Source: Octopus sinensis
Lineage: Eukaryota
Direction: 5' to 3'
NCBI RefSeq assembly: GCF_006345805.1
Contig: NW_021828748.1
Coordinates: 1 to 7,680, forward strand
DNA: 7,680 bases
Under the pieces are notes generated by a model. It made no database searches. It was not told the DNA's origin and saw only the letters and a list, made by a program, of their open reading frames with translations. Position numbers and translations under genes: made by a program. This document shows, piece after piece, positions 6,729 through 7,680 of this stretch (position 1 is its first letter; each line of letters begins with the position of its first letter).

Positions 6729-7148
6729 CCAGTGAAAAGAAGAAAATACAATGAAGATAAGGAGGTTAACTATTTATTAACAAATTGGTCATTTCTTCTT
6801 ACAACCGTTTCAATTAAAACTCAATAATTTTATTACAAATTTGTAGATTAAATTTGCATTTATGTGACATGAGTATAATTTCATCAGAGAAAAAAGATCG
6901 ACATTGAGATGGTATATACGGACCTATATGAATCTGCTGAAATAAATTGATAGGGATGCATATAACATCTCAAAGTGCATCCTTTTTCTCTGATGAAATG
7001 ATGCTCATGTCTCATAATTGCAAATTTAATGTAGAAGCTTGTAATTAGATTATTGAGTATTAATTGAAACGGCCGTAAGAATCGAAGGTGACGTTTTAAT
7101 AATGAATAATTTTTAACTTCCTAATCTCCATTTTATTATTTTAACTGG
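6729..7148. repeat. Long imperfect fold-back (palindrome), probably a decayed long-TIR MITE
   Basis: 6798-6916 versus reverse complement of 6961-7079: 101/119 identical, ungapped. Weaker gapped pairing extends to ccagtgaaaagaagaaaa (6729) / ttttattattttaactgg (7148). Central loop ~6927-6950. Confidence 0.9.
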
Positions 7149-7149
<1 letters not shown>

Positions 7150-7221
<72 letters not shown>

Positions 7222-7313
7222 CAATATATATATATAGATATATATATATAGAGAGAGAGAGACAGACAGACAGAGACAGAGAGAGAGAGAGGAATAGATA
7301 GATTGATAGATAG
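7150..7313. repeat. Compound microsatellite (CA)n-(TA)n-(GA)n-(GACA)n-(GA)n-(GATA)n
   Basis: Successive units directly visible. Confidence 0.95.
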
Positions 7314-7617
7314 TTAATCACAAATATGTTCGTATACATCTCTAGCTACTGTTAATAATATTTTACCAAGAGATGTTCGATATATCCAATATTTGTTGTC
7401 CTAAAAGTAGCAGCCAAATATCTCTGGAATTCGCTGCATTCATTTCCAAGAGAATGAACGATTTATTCATTTCTCTGCATGTGTGCAACTGTGACAATGA
7501 AAATATATTTACTTAATACTTATAGATATTGCCAAGGTGAAAGATTAGGAATAGTATTGAGTATAGAAAATCTATACTAGTACATTCAAACGCTCTCAAA
7601 CATTCATACATGTATGT

Positions 7618-7618
7618 A

Positions 7619-7653
<35 letters not shown>

Positions 7654-7680
7654 ATATCTATCTATCTATCTATCTATCTA
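7618..7680. repeat. (TATC)n microsatellite running off the window end
   Basis: Directly visible. Confidence 0.95.

Noticed and set aside
244-7339. All ORFs in the supplied track as real genes
   Set aside because: Many are translations of microsatellites or low-complexity DNA (poly-L, poly-S, IYIY, VCVC, HTHT, poly-Y, V/G-rich) or fall in SINEs; none shows a recognisable domain.

Overview
AT-rich, microsatellite-dense eukaryotic non-coding DNA (intergenic or intronic). The dominant repeat family looks to me like octopus/coleoid cephalopod SINEs; this rests on recall of such sequences, not a database search. No protein-coding gene is recognisable. The supplied ORFs are mostly translations of microsatellites, low-complexity tracts or repeats, and none matches a protein family I recognise. 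The window holds: (1) six pieces of one tRNA-derived SINE family ('family A') with an internal (TA)/(TG) microsatellite, one full length; (2) an ~820-bp MITE with 29-bp GG...CC TIRs, an imperfect 8-bp TSD, internal telomere-type (CCCTAA)n and a nested family-A SINE; (3) a candidate composite retroelement at 984-1844 (second tRNA-like head, unknown body with 3' hairpins, 440-bp higher-order GAA/GGA/GTA tail, possible CAACTG TSD); (4) a near-perfect ~160-bp inverted duplication interlocked with a ~72-bp direct duplication at 304-819; (5) an old ~420-bp fold-back at 6729-7148. A possible minus-strand start-codon micro-exon lies at 264-297. I cannot demonstrate a new biological system; the best leads are mobile-element architectures and dsRNA-forming structures.
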